Of a DNA stretch of 64,000 nucleotides, positions 57,401-64,000 are shown in pieces. This DNA comes from Tetramitus jugosus (Eukaryota > Protista > Heterolobosea): contig OW569370.1 of NCBI GenBank assembly GCA_937625935.1, positions 372,001 through 436,000 of the forward strand, in the 5' to 3' direction. The notes below the pieces were generated by a model that was given only the letters and a program-made list of their open reading frames with translations, made no database searches and had not been told where the DNA came from. Both the position numbers and the translations under genes were made by a program. Positions within the stretch are counted from its first letter, which is position 1, and every line of letters starts with the position of its first letter.

Positions 57401-60400
57401 CAATGGCTCTCTCCAAATAGTCAATCGTCGAGTGCTCTGATCAAGGGACTTCAAGTATCTGAAGTTCATCAAATTATGAGCTATGTTACTGTTGTCAGTT
57501 CAGTTTTGTCCAGATTGAGTCGAGCTCTTTTCGAGGAACAAGTTACAGCTACCATTCAAAAGATTATTTCTCTCATCAGACACATCACCTTCACTTGCAA
57601 GATATTCTACACGAGAAACAGAGAACATTTGACCGGTGAAGTGGTGAATGATGCAAAGAGACTGAACACACTCGAGACTTTGGCAAGTAATGTTCTTGTG
57701 AGTTTGTGCAATCCAGACAAGGATATTTGGAAGACGACCTGCAAGACCTTGAGAGATATTTGTGATCAGATTGAACTACTGCATAACCAGAACATTAAGA
57801 GCTTGAACTATGCTTTCAACAGACAACTCAGCAGTGTCAACTTGGAAGCTGATTTGCAAGATATCCAAATGGAGAGAAGAAATCAGATCCAACTCTTTAG
57901 AAGAATTGAAGTGCAAACACAGAGTAGTGTGACTGCCTTCGATGAAGTGTTTAGACTTTGGAGAGAGTTAATCAAGGTTCCTGAGCATCAAAATGATGAA
58001 TGGCGTGACAAGTTAACGAACTATACATCATTGCTCTGTGCTCTAGGTGGTGTTTGTTTGCAATCAAAGACAAAGTCCAATTCCTTGGATGCCTTTATGA
58101 GTGAACTCATGGACCATGTAACGAGCAGTGATCCATTGATCCGTCAAGTCGTCGCATACTCTGTTGCTATTGACACCGCACCAGCGCTTTATGACAAATT
58201 GTTCCACTACATGTACAAGACTATGAAGAACTTGACTGAACAGAATCAGTCTGAAGCAAAGGCAATGAGAGTCACTGAACAATACGTGTTTATCTGTAAG
58301 ACAATTGTTGAAAGCAAGGAGGCCACTGGTGATCTGACCCTTGCAAGTGATTTGGACAAGTTGGTGACCCTCTTGGTTCAATTTATCAGCTCCAAGTCAA
58401 AGAGAAATGGTGCAACGAACACTCCTAATTTGTCAAGAATGCAAAGTGTCTCCAACATGGACCCACCATCTCCTGTTTCCACCACAAATAATTCCTCAAT
58501 TGAAGTTGATGTTGAGAAGGAATTGGTTCAGATGAAGCTGAGGCTATCTTTGCTCATTGAAACATTTATGAACAAGAGTGAATACATTTCATTCGAGAAT
58601 GAACAAGCATTCAGAAAGAGAACCATCCAACAATTGCTGCCATGGACAAGCTTCTTTGCCTTCAAGGGTTCCCAGACTCAACAAAAATTATTCAAGATTG
58701 ATCCTCAACATGTCGATTTAGACATGAACTGCATGAGAGCAATTTCATCATTGCTCTCTGGTTATGTTCTGGACAATGACTCCGAACAGGAATACTCTGA
58801 ATATTTCACTTTCCTCATTCAGTACTTGGAGAAGACACCAAAGTCTCATACAACCTTTATGACATTCATCAAGAAGGGTCTCAATGCCTTGTTGTCTGTT
58901 AATAGTGGTTTTAGTTTGGAGTACTTCATGACCATGGTTTACAATCATGATGAACATGTTCGTTCCACATTCCTGTCATTACTGGGTACATTGATGAAGC
59001 GTAGGAAGTTCAATGCCAATGACGATGTCGATGACGACGATGAGACAGATGATGATAAGAAGCAGTCCGATGAGGTAGCTTCAACTGAGAACAAGTATGC
59101 AAGGATTGTCCAAGATCTCTTCTTGAGATACAATCATAGACCTGTGTTCATCTTGTTTGACCAAGTCAAGAGTAATGAGAAGGATGACGCCTGTGATGCA
59201 TTTGTTGTCATTTATCAAAGCATGGGTTATGCACCTCTGCTTGACATGCTCAACTTGAGTATTCAATTGGAGGTTAACAGCACATCTGTGAATCAACCAG
59301 GTACTCTTTTCCGAGCCAACAGTACAGCGAGTAAGCTCATGAAGAAGTATTGTGCCAGAGTAGCCGGTCCATATCTGAAGTCTGTGCTTGGTCCTCTCAT
59401 GGACAAGGTTTGCAACAATCCTAAGAACTTTGAAATTGATCCATCCAAGGTCAAGGATGGAGAAGACGTCAATGTCAATGTGGCCAACACCAAGCAGGTG
59501 ATCCAAGAATTCATTGACACTATTTTGAACAATATCGACCAAATTCCATATCAATTCAGAGAATATTGTCGATACTTGTACAAGAGTGTTGGTAACAAGT
59601 TCCAGATGATTGACGACCCAACTCGTGAAGAGGATGTGAGAGGAAGACCACTTGAAGAATACGAATTGGATTACAGTCACATTTCAGTTGGTGGTTTCTT
59701 GTTCTTGCGTCTCATTTGTCCTGCTGTTACAAGTCCTCAACTGTATGGTTTGACAAAGGATTTGCCAGGAAACGATGCTCGTCGTTTCTCTATCATTATT
59801 ACAAAGGTTCTTCAAAACATCTCCAACGGTATATTCCAGAGCAGAAAGGAACCTTTCATGCAGACGTTCGAGGAGTTCACAAAGAACAATTTGATCAAGT
59901 TTAAGCAATTCTTTGCTGAACTCGCTACTGATCCAGTTGATGAGGAAGAATCATTGAGAAGACAACAGAACGCTATGCCTGAGAATGTGACCGAGGAGGA
60001 AATGGACGACTCCTATGGTACAGTTCATCGCTACTTGTCAGACTACCAAGAAGCATCAAGAAGTGCTCTTCAAGCATTCTTCACCTCTAGCGACCCATCT
60101 GCTGAAATTCGTGTTGGTACAGAACAATCATCTGAACCAAGTGCCTATGATGTTTTGAGCACCTGGTTGAATAAGGCCGGCCGCCCTCCTGAGAAGAAGA
60201 AGACCACAACCACGAAGAACAATGCCAAGGAATACTCCTCTATTATCTTTGAGCAATTCATTCAAAAAACTGAAAAGATTGTGACTGAGAACAAAGAAGC
60301 TCAAAAGGTATTGGAGAGCATTGAGAATAAGCAGATCTTCTTCGTTGGTGGTATTTCGAAGAAACAAGGCCATATTGTTTACTTCGTACCTCAAAGATTA

Positions 60401-63400
60401 TCTGCAGCAGAGCTATATGTGCATATTGATATTCTTCTGTATCACATCCTGATCACATTGAGAAAGATTTTCCAACAACAATATGTTTTGGTGGTTGATT
60501 GTACTCTGTGGGAGCCTCATATGGAGATTCCATTTGCCACAATTATTAAGCTCAGCAAGTTCATGCCTATGGGAGCAAAGAAGAATTTGTCTGAAGTTGT
60601 GTTTATCAATCCAAACAACAGTTTCAAGAAGTTCCTCAAGAAGTTCTCCTCGATGATGAAGAAGTCCAATCAACTCAATGTTGTCACAGCGATCGGAGAG
60701 AAAGACCCTGTGAAGTGGGCTGAGATTTTGAATGTAGACGTTGAAAAGACGACACAATATCTCAATGAGAACAAGAAGGCTGATTCTACCATTACTAGCA
60801 TTGTTCCACTTCCAGCTGTCACTCTGAATATTCAGAACGAGACCACCTTTGTATCATCCGTTCAAAGAGTGTCCAGCACAGCAATCATCGATTCACAATT
60901 AGTTTTGACCAAGGATTGCCTGTACGTTGTAACAAAGGAAAAGACTCAACTTGTTGGAAAACCTTTCCTCTACAATCGTGTTGACCACTTCCATGTGGAA
61001 GGAATTAGTGAAATTGCTGCAAAGAGATCCGCAAGAGCCATGATTGGAAGATCAAAGGACTTGCAATTCAAATATGATCCTAATGTCAAGACAGCAAATG
61101 ATTCAAGCAATTATACCAATTCCAATAATGCGCTTGTCACTGCTCCTGTTGCAACTATCTCACTAAGACATACTGAGCGAGAGAAGCTGATGCAAGTTAT
61201 TTCTGATGCTGCTGAAGTTAAGAGAAAGGAGAACGAGAAGAACGCAGCTCAATTCATTCCTCCAACGACAGAGAAGAAACAAAAACAACGTCTCAAGCCA
61301 AGTGACGTTCCTGGTCAACTTCTCAATATATGTTTCTTGAATCTTGAGAGTTCCAACAGCGCAACGCGTTATGCTGCCTACAATCTGCTCACCAGTATCA
61401 TCGAACAATTCCAATTGCCAATTTATGATGTTCTTGAAAGTGATATCATCAGCGTGCCAAGAAATACTGAAGATCTAGTGTTGGAAATGAGTGAACTTGT
61501 GTCAAACCAGAAGCCAGATATTACTCTTGAATTCTTGAACGAAGCGCTCAGTGCCTTCTCTCAAATTGAACCAAAGTCCCAGGTCATGTGTGCCAAGTAT
61601 CTCAAACCATGGATCCACAATCTCTCATTCTTCTACTATAAGGGTGGAGAGAGTGAAGACAAGAAGAAAGAAAATGAAAAGGCACAGCCATCTGAAGCAG
61701 TTGTGGCATCTGGAAAGATTGAAGCCAATGAAACCACACACAAGAAGCTTGCTGAATGGTTCTTGCGCCTTGCTCGTGTCAGTTGTGAATCTAGTCAAGT
61801 TTTCCCTGCTGTTGCAGAGTTGTGGACTTTGATTTCTCAAGAAAACCAGAAAATGCTTTACATGGGTTTGGAAGCTGCGATCCAGTACGGTGTAGAGATG
61901 GGCGCTGTTGAAGCAGATCAATCACTTATCAACGATCTCGTTGTTACTCTTTCTGTTCACTGTCCAAAGGAAGAAAATGTGGCATTAACCATCATTAACT
62001 CGATCGTTGACTGTCTACTGCCAAAGTCCAATACTACGGAGAATGCTAATACTTTGAACATTTGTGATCTCATGGAGAAGGAACCAAACGAAATTTACAA
62101 CGACAAGAACTGGAGTAAGATTATTATCTATCTCAGATTCTTGATGAATTTGTCTTTCCAAAACAGATTGAATGTGGTTGAGAACTTGCCTCACCTATTG
62201 AACCTTCTGGTCTTGTTAGTTGGAGTCGGTCATGACATTTGCATTCGTAGTACTCTTCATGGTCTCTGTTGCAACATCATTCACTCTTTGTTGACAGAAC
62301 TACCATTCTTAACCAGCAAAGATATCAATAGAGATAAGAAGGTTGATGTTGAACAGTTGATTCTGGACCCTGAAATGCAAGCTCTCGATAAGAAGATCCT
62401 CGAATACAAACAAAATGTGATTAACAACACAAAGAAGTTGAATGATAAGAATAGTATTCGAGGAGTGTTTATGGGTTCACCAAACATTGAACCTGCTCCA
62501 TTTGCAAAGTTGACCACTGAGAACAAGAAACTATCCTTTGACACATGTAACATGCTCAAGGTTGAATCACTAGTCAGATTTTTGATTGACACAATGTCCA
62601 ATTGGACAGATCACTGGAATGGCTTGTGGATGGTCGAATGGCAGAAGATGTGCAAGTCCATTCTCGAAAACGAATCCATTTTGAACTCGAAGGACACTAA
62701 GTATCACCTATTTTATGCTCGATCTTTGGTCACCTATTCTCTTCTGACATGTGAAAAGCCTGGAAGCAACGGTGAGAAGGAAATCATCTCAGCAAATGAC
62801 GACTCAACAGCCTATGCAGAGGAAGAGGAACATAAGGATCACTTGTCTAAACTTGGTCACAACATCATCACATTCACACTCAAGTTCTTGTCTCAACAAA
62901 GTTTGAGCGAGTTAATGCCAAGTACCAACAATTCTTCTGCCGATAGCAAATTCAAGTACAAGCAACAACAAGATTTGTTGTTGAGTATTGTGTTGACTCT
63001 TGGAAGATTTGTCCAGAAATTGAAACCTTCAACAGATGCTCAACAACTTCAATTGACCGAGAGTTTGTTCTTGACTGGACTTGTTCTATTGGCAATTGTG
63101 GATGCACGTATTTACAATGCTGTTCTCAGAACAATGGGCTTCATCGTTTCATCCCTCCATGATTGTGGCGTACTCGATAAGTATGAAAATTTGTCTGAAT
63201 ATATGAATGACCGACTGAGAGGAACTGCCAACCCATTGTGCAGTGGTGTCTTAGAAGAGTTCGAGCAAGTGACCGGTATCTCATTCAAAGAACACTTCTC
63301 ATTTGCCATGAGTATCTTGTTGATGAAGGCTCTCGTTGGAGAAAGTACAAGAGACGATGCGGCTGCCCTTCTCAAACAATTCCACATGCTTCAAAATAAG

Positions 63401-64000
63401 TTGCACTGGCATCCAAGAGAATCTCTTGGTTATTTCTGTGGTCTGATTGCCTTTGACAGACAATACAGCACAAACAGTTTCTGTGACTTTATGTATCAAC
63501 GCGAGGTATTTGAGCATCCCAATGGCATCAGAGTATTCCTATTCCAGAAGTATCTCTTCACTCTTGTCACTGAAATTAACACTGCAAGTGCAAACAACGA
63601 ACAGGCAATGCTCTGCATCTACAAGACACTGAACAAAGGATTCGACTCTAAGATTAGATCTCTCTTCACTGACGTATTCAAGGATCATCATTCAATGAGT
63701 CATGTTGTCCGTACTTACACTAGCTCTGAGAATGACAAGATTATTGAAGCATGTATGAATTTGTTCAAGAGTATGAGTAATGAGATTAGAGGAACTGCCT
63801 TGTCGATGAAGGAACCATTCCAAGAGTGCGGTTTTGGCGGATTTAAGAAGCATAGAACCTTTAAGGTTGTCAACTCTGGTGAAGAATTGAAATCGGTCGT
63901 CATTCCAACACAGAACTTGCTCTGCAAATTACTGCGAACCCTCTCAGAACATGCTGGTATTCAACAGATCGCCGAACAATCTGGGAGTGCAAGCCAAAAC
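54419..64000 (+). CDS. NF1: Neurofibromin (NF1/Ira-like RasGAP), truncated at the 3' end by the window; more than 3000 codons
   Basis: Exons 54419-54466, 54582-54737 and 54908 to beyond 64000; introns 54467-54581 and 54738-54907 are GTATGT...TAG. Hand translation gives N-terminal TVERIGDS|LP and SKLIIL; RasGAP GTLFRANSTASKLM (Arg finger codon at 59312), GGFLFLRLICPAVTSP and TKVLQNISN; Sec14-like IFFVGGISK; LKPSDVPGQLLNICFLNL...RYAAYNLL; and near-C-terminal ECGFGG. No track ORF terminates in this frame, consistent with an open frame to the window end. Confidence 0.93.

Noticed and set aside
55273-63927. Many 60-200 aa ORFs, mostly on the - strand, in the last 9 kb
   Set aside because: All overlap the continuous NF1 reading frame and show no independent motifs.
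1-64000. CRISPR array, transposase/RT/integrase, rRNA or non-standard genetic code
   Set aside because: There is no repeat-spacer periodicity and no mobile-element motif I recognise. TAA, TAG and TGA all terminate genes at plausible positions, and every internal stop examined is explained by an intron.

Overview
This is gene-dense eukaryotic nuclear DNA in the standard genetic code, not a prokaryotic window. It has short GT-AG spliceosomal introns (about 85-230 nt, GTATGT/GTACG donors), very short intergenic gaps and many trinucleotide-repeat-encoded poly-T/S/N/Q/H/D tracts. The gene content and style suggest a free-living phagotrophic protist, probably Heterolobosea (Naegleria/Acrasis-like); that assignment is inference only. 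I support 21 protein-coding genes, in order: F-box/LRR protein, bacterial-type alpha-2-macroglobulin, INPP5E-like 5-phosphatase, low-complexity His/Pro-rich putative transcription factor, SET-domain protein, IST1, PAC2-family protein, DOCK GEF (3 exons), RWP-RK factor, eIF3L, Rpn2, BLOC1S2, membrane-anchored 2H phosphoesterase, Vps33, SDA1, ENY2/Sus1, DNAJC3, BPI/LBP, Kelch-kinase, Vps72/YL1, and a neurofibromin (NF1) gene of more than 3000 codons that the ORF track almost entirely misses because it runs off the window. I recognised no rRNA, tRNA, CRISPR array or transposon. The best novelty candidates are: (1) an intronless bacterial-type thioester alpha-2-macroglobulin with no signal peptide and a bait region resembling the histone H3 tail; (2) an archaeal-like PAC2/Pba protein ending in a HbYX proteasome-gating motif; (3) a type II membrane 2H phosphoesterase whose second catalytic motif only appears after splicing. 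All family calls come from motif recognition by eye, and no database search was run.
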